Part shown: piece after piece, positions 37,385 through 51,214 of the stretch
Layout: each line of letters starts with the position of its first letter
Numbering within the stretch: the first letter of the stretch is position 1
NCBI GenBank assembly: GCA_973895155.1
Contig: OZ316894.1
Span: 19,754,805 to 19,818,804 of the forward strand
DNA length: 64,000 nucleotides
DNA from: Marsupella aquatica
Taxonomy: Eukaryota > Plantae > Marchantiophyta
Reading direction: 5' to 3'
The notes under the pieces: model-generated
Databases searched by the model: none
Told to the model about the DNA's origin: nothing
What the model saw: the letters and a program-made list of their open reading frames with translations, nothing else
Made by a program: the position numbers and the translations under genes

Positions 37385-38496
37385 AATTTCTGTCCGAACA
37401 GTACCCGCCCCAAAGTAATTTGCGCTCGAAAATCTGGGGCTGATCTCCTTCCTACTTTGCCATGATGGCCAATGAAGTGAGCCCAAATTATCGTTTTTTT
37501 ATCCTTTTGCATGTACTGTCAGCTCATGCTGCAACGTAACATGAACCCAGTGGAGTACCTCTGATCGCATCGCATTGCATACGAGCGGACTATGTATGTA
37601 GCGGGAGCAGTAGAGTGTTTAGCACACGAACGAAGGGTCCTGTGATGAGATTTCCACGGTCGCTAGAACGTCAGGTGCCGTGGCCTTCGGGCTCCTAGAT
37701 GTCTCACTTGGTATCGTGTTGGTCTGTATATATATATAGTGCGGCATGTTGGTGACTTGTACGCTACTTGCGTGATGCTGTTTCTCATTGGCTTTCAATT
37801 CACGTGATTGATTCTCCTGTTGCAAACAAAAAACAGGAGACTCGACTAGCTTGTGGAGAGTGAATCCTAGCTACAAAATCTCTAGGATTACGAAGCAAAA
37901 ACGATTTGATTTCGGAATGACGGTACCAAAACGCACTTCATGAAGTAAAGATTCTACACAAGTTGCTAGAGATCTGACTCTTCTGTGGGCCTCCCTCGAT
38001 GTAAGAATGATTTTAGGATAATATTGCTATAATACTACGGTAGCCCTGACCGCTTCGAATCCTTCGATGTAAGCCTGAGTTTTACTATTGTTAGTGGAGC
38101 TCTGACTCTGCTGTTTCGAGTACGTTACACACAACACAGCCCAATTGTCAATTATCCTTCAATCCCTCTTTCTATCCGTCAGTACTTTTCTCCAAGCTTA
38201 GTCAGATCCTGTTGAGTCCACACTTTACAGACTTAGCTTATTGGCTTGTGGTTTCGTAACGGAGTGACTTACCTAACAGCACATGTGACCAGCTTTCCCA
38301 AACGAAATCAATGCTTGTCTCGGCAGGGTAGAGTTGTTGGAGCAAGGCAAGGAGATCGAGTAAAGGCGGCATTCGGGCAGGCAAGGTGATAGAAATGAGT
38401 TGGACGGCCAGATTTGGACATGGAACGAAGATTCCTGGCTTGCTCTTTGCTCTGATTCGATATTTCAAATTGGGGTATTGGGGATAACCATGGTCA

Positions 38497-39106
38497 AGTG
38501 TTAATCCTAGCTGGCTTTGGTTGTCATATTGGCAAACTGGGCATAATCATGCTGAAGTGTTACTCCTAGCTGGCTTTGGTTGTCATATTGGCAAACTGGG
38601 CATAATCATGCTGAAGTGTTACTCCTAGCTGGCTTTGGTCAGTTGGCCTGGGGATGAGCCTAGAGTGGACAAGGTCCCAGGTTCAAGGACAGGAGGGTAT
38701 GTATGTGTGGTGGGGTGTAGTGGTGGGAGTCCTGGTTTCTTCTTAGTGGTCCGTTTTGGGGTCCTGGTTCAACCCGTGTTACTCCTAGCTGGCTTTGGTC
38801 AGTTGGCCTGGGGATGAGCCTAGAGTGGACAAGGTCCCAGGTTCAAGGACAGGAGGGTATGTATGTGTGGTGGGGTGTAGTGGTGGGAGTCCTGGTTTCT
38901 TCTTAGTGGTCCGTTTTGGGGTCCTGGTTCAACCCTCTCCTGCTGGTTTAGGTCCCTATCAGATTCCTGGGTACTGTCTCCTTGTAGCTGCCTTACATAG
39001 AATCACATGCTCAGGAGCAATACATTGCTGGTCTAGGTCCCTATCAAATTCTAAGGTATTGTCCCCTTGTGGCTGCCTTACATAGAATTGCATGCTCAGG
39101 AGCAAT
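38497..39106. repeat. Stacked tandem duplications (~60-bp x2, 160-bp x2, ~85-bp x2)
   Basis: GTGTTA.TCCTAGCTGGCTTTGGT marks the unit junctions. ORFs 38635 and 38795 have identical N-termini 160 bp apart. Confidence 0.85.
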
Positions 39107-39871
39107 TTGTCTATCATATATTAATCCTCTGTTGGATGGGTCTGCTTGGCTCTCAAGGCGAAAAGTGTAGTTTTAACTACAGAGAGCTACTGTAGGAGGT
39201 CCACTTGAAAGCCATTGGTGTACAGTTCTAACTGTTGGCCAATGTTGAATCACGTCTGAAATTAGGACTCTTGTGCATAAGAATGCAAAATTTGCATGAT
39301 TTTGGTTGCTCTTCTTTTGTTCTTCACTGTAGGGTCATTGTAGCATGTGAGGAAACAGTAAAAGTTTTACAGGCATGTGCAAATTTTTTCCTCACATGAC
39401 CCCTAATTTTTCTATATCCAACTGACTCGCTAGTTACAACAACCTGGTTGATAACATACATTTTTGGGACTCCACTTTTTGCTAGGGAACTTGCTAGCCA
39501 TCTGGAATCATAAAAAACACAAAAAATATAAAAGACAGCAAAAAGCAGAAAAAAATTAAAATTACTAGTGTCTGGCTAACAACACTCTCTTCCCTAACAA
39601 ACTTCCTGTTTGCCCACATTATACAATACCTCTTCAGTGCATAACTTTTCTTGGTCATGTACTGTGTGGACTCACTACCTGACTACTGTAGCTTCTGAAG
39701 CCGTATTGATCTCCATTGTAAGGTCAGCCCCATATAGTGCTTGCAAATTCTGAGATTCAACTTGTCTGTTGAAAGAACTGATGGACAAGTTGTTGTGTTG
39801 TCAGACACGACAACTTATTATTTGTTTCGTTGGCTCCAAGAGGGGTCATCTGTCGCATATTTGCCAATATT

Positions 39872-39960
39872 CCCCAGCCGGCCCCAAACTTTCCCGACCC
39901 TCTCCCGGCCCAGTCCCGAACTTTCCCGACCCCCTCCCGGCCCGGTCCCGGACTCCCCCA
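39872..39960. repeat. C-rich short tandem repeats (AACTTTCCCGACCC.CTCCCGGCCC.GTCCCG), probably TE-subterminal
   Basis: Two near-identical ~33-bp units read directly. Confidence 0.6.
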
Positions 39961-40282
39961 GTTGGTGGGGCTGGGACAACTGGGTGTGACAAATTTCATT
40001 TGTCAGGGTCCAGACCCATTGTTTGTCGGACAAGTCCAAACCGGGGGAAAGCCTGTAGGCTCAACATTCAACCCCAACTCAACCAATAACCTTAACCATG
40101 TGTTACGTTGAGGCTCAAACTACCCACAATTGAAGGCAGGTGGGGTATACACTTTGAAACTAGGGTGAGGCAGGTCAAGGCTTTCCCTTCAGCCCCTTAT
40201 TTTTTAGATGGATAACTTGGTCCCTTAACTAAGCTGGGTTACCTACTAACTTACCCTAAACCCACAACTGAGGTCCCCTCCC

Positions 40283-40522
40283 TTCTGAGTCTTTCAAACT
40301 TGTCTGCATGTCTTTCACCCCTCTTCAGTCTTTCAAATTTGAGAATATCTTTCACCAATCTTGACTCTTTCCAAGAGTCTTTCCAAGTAATGTAGGAATC
40401 AATGTGTTTCACCACTATTGATTCTTTAATTTGTGAATATCTTTCACCACTCTCGAGTCCTTCCAAGAGTCTTTCCAAGTAACGTGTGAATCAATGTGTT
40501 TCACCACTATTGATTCTTTCAA
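40283..40522. repeat. Degenerate tandem repeats (GAGTCTTTC(A/C)AA / TCTTTCACC), related copy near 43350
   Basis: ~99-bp duplication ending AATCAATGTGTTTCACCACTATTGATTCTTT. Confidence 0.7.
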
Positions 40523-40524
40523 AC

Positions 40525-41277
40525 GTAGGAGAAAGGACGACTGCAGGACAACGGGAACCTGCGAATTTGAAGTCTCAAAGCTCGAAACCAATTTGATCAG
40601 TCGGGAGTGAAGCGAATTCAGCAGCGATCAGAAGTGGCGAGGTTGAAGGAATCAAATAATGAAGCTAAAGCAGAGTCACAAATCAAAGAAGATTGTGAGA
40701 AGGGACATCAGTGTTTCGATGGCAGCTGGATACTCGCAGCAGCTAAACGCTGCAGCAATTGAACAAAGATCGGTGGGATAGACTGCAGCGCTAGCTCTGA
40801 GTAATTTGAGTCTATCCCACCGATTTAAAGCTGAAGCATGCGTCTACAAAAGGCATCTACAAAAGTTGGTTGCAGCCTGAAATTGACGGAGAAATAATTC
40901 TGAAAGAGAATCAAGAGCTGCTGAGGGATTTGATTTGACACGTAGCTGGAGACAGGAGGATTACGGATGCAATAGAGGCGAGTTGGGAGTGCTGCAGCGA
41001 ATCAAATCAAAGGTCACTAAACAGAAATTTAGGAAGGGCAGAGTGAAATGGAGATCTGCTGAAGGAAGAATTGCAACCAAAATTGGCAGAAAACTTGAAT
41101 TTCAGGGCCGCAGGGCGCTGCAGATCGCAATCAGTGATGGTGCAGTTGGACAGATCAATCTCATGTCCTCTGATGGAGCACTTGGAATCATCGGTCACGA
41201 TGTGCATGAACTGTCGGTTTTCATATGAGTTAATTCACCTTGTCGATGATTGTGCATCATCCTATTCTTCCCTATGA
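40525..41277 (+). pseudogene. Decayed coiled-coil + possible U-box gene
   Basis: E/K/A-rich broken frames end in SISCPLMEHLESSVTMCMNCRFSYE, which resembles the U-box pattern CP(L/I)..E....V…GF(S/T)YE. Confidence 0.3.
40769..40824. repeat. Perfect 16-bp inverted repeat with 24-nt spacer
   Basis: ATCGGTGGGATAGACT (40769-40784) / AGTCTATCCCACCGAT (40809-40824). Confidence 0.9.
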
Positions 41278-43659
41278 ATCTTTACAATCACATTTGAGAC
41301 CATCAGCGGTTCCGGCCTGTTCAAGTTAAGAATCTATGCAACAGAATCTAGTCGAAAATTCACGAATGAAGGCTAATGGTGACACTCATGTGTCCATCCG
41401 TCCGATCATTGTGTTGGGTCACGAGCAGTGCTGCATTAAACACCACTGGTGTGGGCCCCATGGCCTAGCTCAGGCTCAAGCCCATTGGACATGGGGGCTG
41501 AAAGGTCTCATTTGTCCCATGCTAAGGCGTGTTCCTGCCAGTTGCCTACCAACTGTTTTTTTGAGTGTACGCAACCAACTTTTGTAGGTGGCTTTTTAGA
41601 CTGCGCCTGAGGCTGGTCTAAACTGGGTTCCCATCCCGAAAAACAGGGCAACGCAAACAACGGTGGGCAATCACACAACCTATTTTGACATAGTGGAGGC
41701 AGCCCTAGACTAGGCTTTGATATAAAATGCACGGCACACACTGGCGTGCATCCAAAGGTAAGCATTCACACTCAACCTTTTTACACCGCTGAGCTTAATT
41801 TTGCTCGGCTTAGCTCTACCGTAGCCTTGCACAAAATTGGTTCCCTATCGTCATTGTCTCTCTGTGTTCTTAGGACGTGAAGAGTTCCATTCCAATTGCC
41901 AATGCTCCTGAAAGATGCGACGCAGTGTTCACAGGATGCACTCTTCCCGAAAGTCGGCTACAGGAGATTTCACGTCATTTTCCTGCTGGATTTGTTTGAG
42001 GATCTTCCTGCGTGGCTAAAACAAATTAAAAGAGTCAGCACAACTGGATCGGCGTCTTAATGGAATTTTGTTGGAAATTCGAGGGAAAACAAGCAGATTG
42101 AATGATGATAAAGTAAGGTTCAGTTATAGTTAGTAGCTAGATGAATCACTTACAGTAAAACCTCAGAAAGGTTATCTGCCTCGATCACTTGGGCCTAGCT
42201 CCCGAGATCATCCGATTCGGAAAAATTACACTAGTGGAAACTTATATGTGTCTACTTCAATTGTCGGAGAGGAGCTTAATCCCGCACAATCGAGGAGCAC
42301 CTTGTCAGATTCTCCTGCTGGGGAAATGTCGAGGTTAAACTCAACTTGTTCGATAAAAAATGTAGGTCAACTCTGTCCTCGTCTAATCCCGACTCTTGAG
42401 TTTTGATCTGTCGTCAAGCTTGAGCAGAATAAATCGAAGATTGCATGCCACCTCTTCGATCTGCTTGCAAGTGTGCCCGCAAGTGTGTTGAAACGGATTC
42501 TGGATTCTTTATTATCCTGATTAGTTTGATAATCATTTTAGATTCGCCGGGGCGGCACTTTCGACTCACTTTGGACCCCCCGACTTTGGACACACTTCAA
42601 AGCGAGGAGAGTACGTTGCAGTGACCTCTGATTTTAGAGCAGTCCAGACTCGAGATATACTGTACCTTGTTCGATACTCGATTCCTCCGCATTTGATTCC
42701 TCCGTTTTTTATTCCTCCGGCTGACGAACTTTGAGGTCAAGCTTATTCACTGTTTATCCTAATCTATAGCTATGCCAAATTTGATCGCACTGTTGCTAGA
42801 TTTCCGAGACGCACAGAAGGTATGCACACATATCGGCAGACAGATATTCCGGAGACAATATACAGCATTGAACATCTGTCGGTTAATAAGTCCTGCCTAA
42901 AAGTAGATCCAACCGTAACTAATATAACCTCATTCAAGGGAAAATAATTCATCCTGGCCATTCAATTGAAACACTGAAAGAGCAATATGGCTGAATCAAG
43001 TAAAAAGTCGCATCATACTTTAAGAATAATCTTGTCGGAGTGCAAAAGCTGACTCATACCTAGACTCAAAAGCATATATACTCATACCCTTCAATTGTGA
43101 AGGGTCTCAATTGACTGCGGTAGTTGTCTGAATCTGAGAGTGCAAAAGTTGGCTCAGATTCAGACCACTCTTTCCTGTCTAGATTAATTGCGGGACTGCA
43201 GAGCTGAGTCGATAGCTGAGTCTGAATCAGAGTGCATGAGCTGGCTCAGATCCAACCACTTCTTCGGGTTTACGGTGTATTGAGTGCTAGCTCGACTCCG
43301 TCCAATCACCTATGTAATAACGAGGGCTTGGAGGTGAAATAATTACTCTTGAATGTCTTTCACCTCTCGAGTCTTTCAAACTTGTGTCTCGATTAACAAC
43401 AATGACGTTACTGCGATCCATACGTGGATGGAAGATGCAAAGTTTCGCACTTTGCGGAGACGGATGCATCATCGATCTCCAAGTGAAGCAGCCAAGTTCG
43501 TTTGATTCGAGCTGACGGCCGGAATGAACGACATTTGGAATTGTCTGCTCGCGTCGACCGAGGCTAGAAGCACTGGATTGAATTTCTCATTAGCCAAGTT
43601 CAAAACAATTAGGCATTCTGTGTCCTCTGTTTTGTGATGTTGTACTGCTGTCTCATGCA

Positions 43660-44100
43660 TGCTCAGCCTTCAATATATCCGGATCCGGAATCTTGGGTTT
43701 CAATTTCAGCTCTGCTATACAGGAGAGCGTTCGATTTACTCTAATTGTCTGCTTAGACTGGCCCACCTGATTGGCATGATGATCGATCCTTGCTCGATTC
43801 TGTGGCCCAGGTTCTCATGCTTGCTCAGCCTAGCTTCCGGATCCGGAATCTTGGGCTTCAGTTTCAGCTCTGCTTTGTTGGAGAGCCTTCGACTTACTCT
43901 AACTCCATGCAAGAAGGCTCAGCGTAGACTGTGGCCCATCTGAAGCGCATGAGCTCCATTGATCGATCCTTGCTCGATTCTGTGGCCCACTATCCAATCG
44001 CACCCCCTCCGTGCGGCCCATCTGAAGGGCATGATCGAGCTCCATTGATCGATCCTTGCTCGATTCTGTGGCCCACTATCGAATCGCACCCCCTCCGTAC
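43660..44100. repeat. Nested tandem duplications
   Basis: GATCGATCCTTGCTCGATTCTGTGGCCCA three times; CCGGATCCGGAATCTTGGG twice. Confidence 0.8.
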
Positions 44101-45649
44101 GATCCTGTCGAATGTTTCAGATGGCTTTCTGCCTTACTTTACGGGTGATCGATTCCGATCGAGCCTTTTTCTGGTCTCCTCTGGGCCCTCCGTTTTCATG
44201 GGGACCTTTTCACCATGGACCAATACGAGGACGAACACTGAGAATTATGGACCGTGAATTGTCGGTGAAGTGTCGCGCTTGGCCCCACCAAAAAACGCAT
44301 TTTTTTTTCTTTTCACATTGGTAGCTGTAGCTTTGATCACGGGCAGTCTAAAACAGCGATTATGATCATCGGATGACAATGCTGCGGCACGCATATATTC
44401 GACGACATGTCGAGGATCATGTCAACTTTTGGCTCCGGGACGTAGCCTACAGATTCGTTTCTCAGGTGATCTATCCAAGAGTGAACACGCAGTGACGTCA
44501 ACTGGAGATTGCAAACCGGCCATTTCAGCAGGACACCGAGAACAATTGATGCACGACGTACCCATCACGTGCATCGCCGGTTAGCAATAACTCAGCGATG
44601 CGAATTAAGTGTGCCCGCTACGGCAGTCGTCAAATTCACCACAATCAACGTTTGAATTACCCGTCAGAAAATTAAATAAATTAGAATTTAGAGATCCGAA
44701 GGCGAGCTACTGAGGTCGGAACGGCTTGATCGATGTACGTAGCTGGCCCGGTTGAAGTCTCTGATCAAACTAAGAATCAAAGGTTGGCTGGCCATCGACA
44801 TTATTATCTAAAAGACTTCAACAGTTGATCAGGGTAATTAACTCCAAAAAGTTTTAGCTCGGTGATCGAATAGGAGCAACAGTTCTCGTCCATATGCACT
44901 GGACTATTGTAGGCATTGGGCTACGGTAGGCAAAGAGTAAATCATCCCTCAAATTAAATGGTGCTTCGGCGCCCTGGCTCATCTGCAACGTCAATACTAG
45001 AATGAATTTGAATTGGCGGGACTGGGCATTCGATCGAGTTACAGTAAATCACTGAAGTGGTCATGTTGTACTCAGGTTTCTGAATTTCTAACTTGGACAC
45101 TGACTTTGATTCGAGTCGTTGAAGAACCAGGTAAGTACAGTGGTCCAAAGATTGTCCGTAGATCTTGGCTTTATCAATGAATATTTCCTACAACAATTGA
45201 AGTAATAATTATGTGGCTAGTCCGCGTCAACGTGAAATTGTACGTTCAAGCGTTTCGTCCTGCAAATTGCAAATTGTGTCTGCCTCGTCCGCTGAAAAGT
45301 CACATTGATCGCGATATCGTGTACTCCATGCTTTGGCCTTGTCAGGACTAAAGTATCAAGTGGCTTGGTATACCTCAGTCCCCCAACAACCGAGAATCAA
45401 CCTATTTGAGACAAGGTTAAATTGTAAATCACATTGAAATAGAAGATATGTATTGATTCGAAAGAATTTTGACATATTGAGTTAAAAGAGTCAGTTGTTT
45501 CTTTTCTTCTGTCAATCATCATGGTGGCCTGGCTATTTTAAAGAAAAAGAGTATTTTCTGCATCACAATGTTACTTTCAAGAAAAGGCATCTAAAGTAAC
45601 GAGAAGTCTTACTATGACGCCAACGCGTTCACTTGGCATCCATAACAAA

Positions 45650-47921
45650 TCAGCATGAACGTCCAAGTGGCATAAAATTAAGGCCGGCATCTTCGGGTCG
45701 TCTCAGCCCGCAATTGATCAGAAATGCGAGATGCATTTCTGCATGGGGCCTGGGTAAAGCTGCCTCTAATTTCTCCAATAAAGCAGCTTCCCTGGCGTGA
45801 CCCTCTTCCTTCTCTCTCCTCAATCTGTCGGCCTCTGCGGCTCTCTGTGCCTCTCTGGTTACCGCATTAGCTTGGACTTCAAACACCCTTTGCAACTGTG
45901 CCGACTTTGCGTTTATCTCTGATTGCAATTTCGCCTTCTCCATACCTGCCAGCACGAACGCCACTAGTTACGTGGGTGTCACTCAACACGGCCCCGATAC
46001 TTAATCCCAGTCACAAGCTCCCACCGATAAATATGAGTAATGTCAGTCCAGTACGGACTTCAGCTGCAGTCGAGGCTATTGAACGAACTGCTGTTTTACA
46101 TAAAGAAATTAAATAAATTCTCGAAAAATGGAAGACTATTGGGTCACTGGACGTCTTTGCCTCCCGAACGTCCTAAACTAAATTGACGATTTAAGTGTCT
46201 GCATTTTCCCTAGCTGTATCGGCTCAGTGTGGACATACGATGCGATTCCTATTTGAACGGTCCATTTAACCACTGGCTGCATCGGTTTACAGGATAAACA
46301 TTTGAAAAGCAAAAAACGAGACTGACAATTATAAATGTAGAGAACGGCAAAGAAATGACAGGATCAGACCGCCCGGCCAGAAATAACCTGATGTGTGTTG
46401 AACAGTTTCAAGTCTTTGGACAGCATTTTCTAATCTTGATCTCAGCCTCTCGAACTCATGGTTTGCTGTGACACAAGTTCTTTCCCGTTCCGCGACTAGT
46501 GCAGCTTTCTCGGACTGCAATTGAGTGATTTCCATTTTTGTGCGTGACTCTGTTTCCTCTTTCTCTGTGGCCATTTCTTCCTTCTCTAAAATGATGTTCT
46601 TCAAACTGCGTGCCGTACTCTCTAGGCTCGATTTCAACCGTCGGATCTCTGCACCTGCTATTTCTTTAGCAGTGTGCATCTCGCTACGCAGCTTTTCGTT
46701 AAGACACTCTATCTTCTCGAGCTCCAGCCCAGCGGCTTTATCAGCCTTTGCTACTACTTCTTCTTTCTCTCGAAGTAGCTCTTCAGTACTCAAACGAATT
46801 TGCTTTACCTCTTCATTCGCGGCTTCCAGACGACAAAGCATATCTTGGGTGGCCAAACTTGTCTTTGACTCCGCCTCCTCTTTTCCTTTCATCAATGCAT
46901 CTTTCTCAGAACTCAGTTGGGTGAACTTTCTCTCCGTCGCAGCCAAGGAGGACTGCAAATTCAGGATCTGCAATTCTTTCTTTTCCTTGCTATACCGGGT
47001 TTCCTGGATTACTTGTGCCGCCGCAGCCAGGGACGACTGCAAATTCAGGATCTGCATTTCTTTCTTTTCCTCGCTATCTCGGGTTTCCTGGAGCGCCTGT
47101 GCGTTCTCAAAGCGTAACTTGTCGATTTCTGAGTATTTTCCAGCCGTGTCTAATTCTACCTGTTCTTTAAACACTAGAGCTTTTGACATGACGAAAGCGG
47201 CAAGGATGTTAACAGCATCTCTGATCACGCGTTGTCTTCGAAATTCGTCGAGCTTTAAAGATGCCGCTGCTTCCTTCTTCACTAGATTGGCGTTCTCCAA
47301 CTGCAAATTCGCAATGTCTCCAGCGGCAGCTTCATTGGAGATTCGCAGGTGCGATAACTCCAATGTTGCAGCTTCGTGAAAGGTCCGCAGCCGAGCTAAT
47401 TCCGAGGCTACGGCTTCATTTAAAGTCCGCTGCTGAGCTAGCTCAGTTGTAATTGCTGAAACTCCGCAATTTTCCTGGTTCCTCTCTTTCTCGTAGGCTA
47501 CTAAAATCGAGCGCGTAAGACTTGCTAAGTGCAGGATCATCGATCTGACCGATCCATCAGTGGGATATTCGCTTGCTAGCCGTTTTCCCTTCTCCAATGG
47601 TCCGCGTTTGAGAAAATCATCGTCCTTCTGAGTCAGAGGAAAGTTGCCTTGCTGTCGGGCTTGCTGTGGCCGTTTGGAAGGCAGGTATGCATCGTTATCT
47701 GGATTGGACCTTTTCTTTTGTGACTCCTGCGTCAATTGTCCAATCAGATCCAGATTGTCTGAACGCCGTGGTGACGTTTCACTGAGGGAAGTAGAGCCCC
47801 TTGATTTTTTGCGGAGGTCGTCCGTAAGCACCTTCGAGTAGCGTGAGTTCCGCTTTCTCGGTGTAGATCGCGTCAAGCAAGCACTCGGTGTACATGTACT
47901 AGAGTCGACCGATGGTGGCAT
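45650..47921 (-). CDS. Orphan long coiled-coil protein (>=2 exons; 5' end uncertain)
   Basis: 530-codon open frame with a disordered N-terminus and an E/K/A/L-rich heptad region. It contains an internal 28-aa duplication (Q..QETR.S.EKKE.QILNLQSSLAA). A phase-1 intron at 45946-46387 joins HTS-G-MEKAKLQ. Confidence 0.55.
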
Positions 47922-50900
47922 CTTGATGTACTGAAGACCTCTCGCAGACTTCTCGCAGCTTCGATTAATGTATATCGACCCGGCAGTGACGAAGAATCAA
48001 TCTCTGCATGAAGACAATGAACCTTCTTAACATCATGCACAAATTTCGTACTTCGTTGCATCTGTTGCATTGAGCTCCCTAGCACTCGGACTACCGTTTT
48101 TAACTGAAGAATAAAGAAATTTTATCCGTATACTGTGGTAATTACATCGCTCACGAAAACTTTGCACATCCCTGAAAGACTCGTCTGTGATAGTTTTGGA
48201 TTATGCGGACTTCATACACTGATAGACCTGCTGGATATACGCCATAATTAGCTACGTAGACTGTCATACGAAAATCAAATGACCACTAATTCCTATGTTG
48301 TGATACTTTCATGAGTTACACTCGATTGATTACCCTTGCAATTTTCGTAGCGGTCGACAGCGGCTATTAATCATCGACCTGGTCATCGACAAGTCCAGAT
48401 TCGAAACACAAATATTTTGGCTAGTACGTAAATGCAGGTCAATTCTGGAAATTGTTAGTAAATTAAAACCTCCAAAGAGATACATAAAATTCAAGAAGGA
48501 CGTAGTAGCTACATTGATGTGTAAACAACATTAATTTGATCAGTTGAAGTAGTAGAAGGAAGAATTAAAATACCTACGCTTGGAATTTCCAGCATTCAAC
48601 AGCAATGCAGATCTCCGCAGTCGGTGATATCCCTGGCATGGACTTACTCGTACGTACTCGTCTCGAACCCTGACTCGCCGATCTGGAGTAAGCCTACATC
48701 ACCGCATTGCAGCTCGAACTACTGCAGGTAGGTCGGCTCGCAGGCATCCACAGAGACAATGCCGAAGAATGCACTGCTTCTGGCGACGAGCGACATTCAT
48801 CCCGTGCATTTAGATCTTAGGTGCACGCACTCTCCGGACGCAACTGAGACAGATCTGAGCGCCAATTTTGTTGCAGCTCTACTTGTCGAGACGGATTGAT
48901 TTCTCTGCCTTTCAATTTCAGCAGCTCACTATCGATCGGCGACGTTCGATACCAGTTTCTAAACCCCGCTCGCGCCATAATGTGGCGATCGATGCACATC
49001 TCCAATCTGAAACGCAATCGCGACCGTGGACGTATGTTCGAATGGCGGAGGCGATGATGGAGCCAGCCTTGGATCGATCCACAAAAGAGGCGCCAGCACG
49101 TACATATGTATGCCTTACATATATAGGTATAAATGTACGTACAATGTATGCATCACATTATACGTATTAATGTACGTATATATATCCATGTATATATGTA
49201 TTATTGTACGTACATATATGCATGTACGCACATACCTGCAAGTGTGCAAAGTTGCAACTCGCCGGTGTCGCAGTCATAGCTGTGTCATGTTTTAGTGTTT
49301 TAGTTGTTAATTTGGTCTTTCCGGAGTCTTTCTCCCCTTTATTTGACCCTTAGGTGTTTCATGTTTTGGTTTTTTAAATTGTTGGTTTGGCCTTTTGGGG
49401 GTCTCTACTTGTTCGTCTTCTTCCCCTTAGGGCATAACTGAAGGTGGGATACAAACAAAAAGCAGGGATGAGGCATAGATGAATCAGAAATAAAGGGAAA
49501 CCCTTTTTTCTGGAAGGTTTTTTTCCTCTCTCCTCAACTCATCTTATTTATGTTCGATGGACAGGTAATCAGGCTAGTATCTCCAAAAGAACTCTAAATC
49601 TGAAACCTGAACACTAGGCAACTTTTTTAACTTCTTAGTTTGTACAGGTAAAGGTCAGTTGAAAAGCAAAAGATTGGTAGAGCTCCAGGTAAAGCACACA
49701 TTTGAAACCTACAACATTAAATTAGAGAAAATATGTGTGATTGCTCAAAAATGTAAACTGATTGTAAGCTAAAGGCAAGGACATTTCTTCCCTTCCCACT
49801 ATTTCCACCATCCATTTCATGTTAGCACATAGTTGCTTCAAACATGGCAAGAACATGACAAAACAAATTCAGTCAGACACAAAAACAATGGGAGGTTAGT
49901 ATACAGTTTGGCTAGTATAATTTGGTGAGATCTGTACCCAAACAAAAGAGTGGTTTTCTCACCATGAGCTTGAGACCATGTGCTAACTTGTATCTTTCTG
50001 AGCACTATAATGTGCATTTGATGGTTGATGGTTTGCATCAAACAGGTTGTGCCCCAAAACCTAAAATTGCAACTAAAGTTTTATGCCCCAATAAGTAGAC
50101 CCCTGCTACAATATTGGTTGTAGTGTTTTAAATATGGGTATTGGTGTTTTATAATATGGAATAGTTGTCTAGCATAAATGAGGTGACAGGCGTGCATTGC
50201 ACATTGTTGTCAATAGGAAGAGATATTGAGGATGCACATTGTTGTGAATAGTGAGAGATATTAAGGGGAAGTGTTGGCAAGCATGAGCCATATGACCAGG
50301 CAGTTAGACATAGGAGGGAGTTGGCAAGTCAACCTGGCAACTACATTTCAAGGAGTGTGCAGTTGGGCATAGGAAAATGCACAATGACATCTTGAGATCC
50401 TTAGGAATTAATGTCACTATAATCAAATGATCAAAACAAATATCCGCCAAAAATGACATTTTCTAAGCAAACCATGAGAAAGAAAGACCAAATGAGATTG
50501 CCTGCCAAATGACATGTGCTAAACAAACCATGAGAAAAAAAGACCAAATGAGATTGCCCGTTATAGTATCTACACTAGAAGGTTAAATAGATGGGGGTGC
50601 CCTGAATATTGATACAGTACTCTCCTTAACTCATCAAATTGCATAGTATAGTGTTCAGATAAATACTTAGCACAATCGAATTGCATATTCATTTGTTGTG
50701 CTGAGATTTAGATAGATAACACAATCCTTGCCCAGAAAACTGACACATCTTGGACTCTGTTTTACTCATCAAATGGGACCGCTGGCCCCTGTAGCTACCT
50801 CAACTTGGCCAAAGGAGGCGAGGGGTATGGTGACAGTGGACAAGACACAAACTGTCACGCGAAGTTCCACGTGGGAAGTGGGATGTTTGCATCGTCAATT

Positions 50901-51103
50901 GCAGGAATTGGTAAAGAAAAAATTTCCACATTGAATTTCCTTGGGTATGGAGTTGTGCTATTCCCCACTTATTGGACCCATTATGCTGTGGTTGGTGGAT
51001 AGAACAGGTGCAATGTACTCTCCTTTAATTTAGTGCCACTTTCTCGATCACTCAAGTCAGAGCTCGCCTTTTCAGATTGAGGTTTTCCAAATTCCAACCA
51101 CAA

Positions 51104-51173
51104 GGATTGGCTAGAAATGAACCTAGGACCCCCACTTATACATTTTAGTGCTCTGCCACTGAGCTACAGACCC
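51104..51173 (-). pseudogene. tRNA-derived pseudogene/SINE-head-like sequence
   Basis: GGGTCTG TA GCTC-AGTGGCA-GAGC (intact D-arm/A-box) … CTAGG-TTCATT-TCTAG (shortened T-loop). The anticodon and acceptor stems do not pair well. Confidence 0.6.
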
Positions 51174-51214
51174 TTTAGAGTGTGGTCATTTCTAACATGA
51201 TTTCAGTAACGGTA

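Noticed and set aside
46525-47379. 284-aa plus-strand ORF
   Set aside because: Antisense shadow (S/F-rich) of the coiled-coil gene.
49095-49235. TACGTA/TATGTA quasi-palindromic stretch
   Set aside because: Low-complexity microsatellite-like sequence with no further structure.
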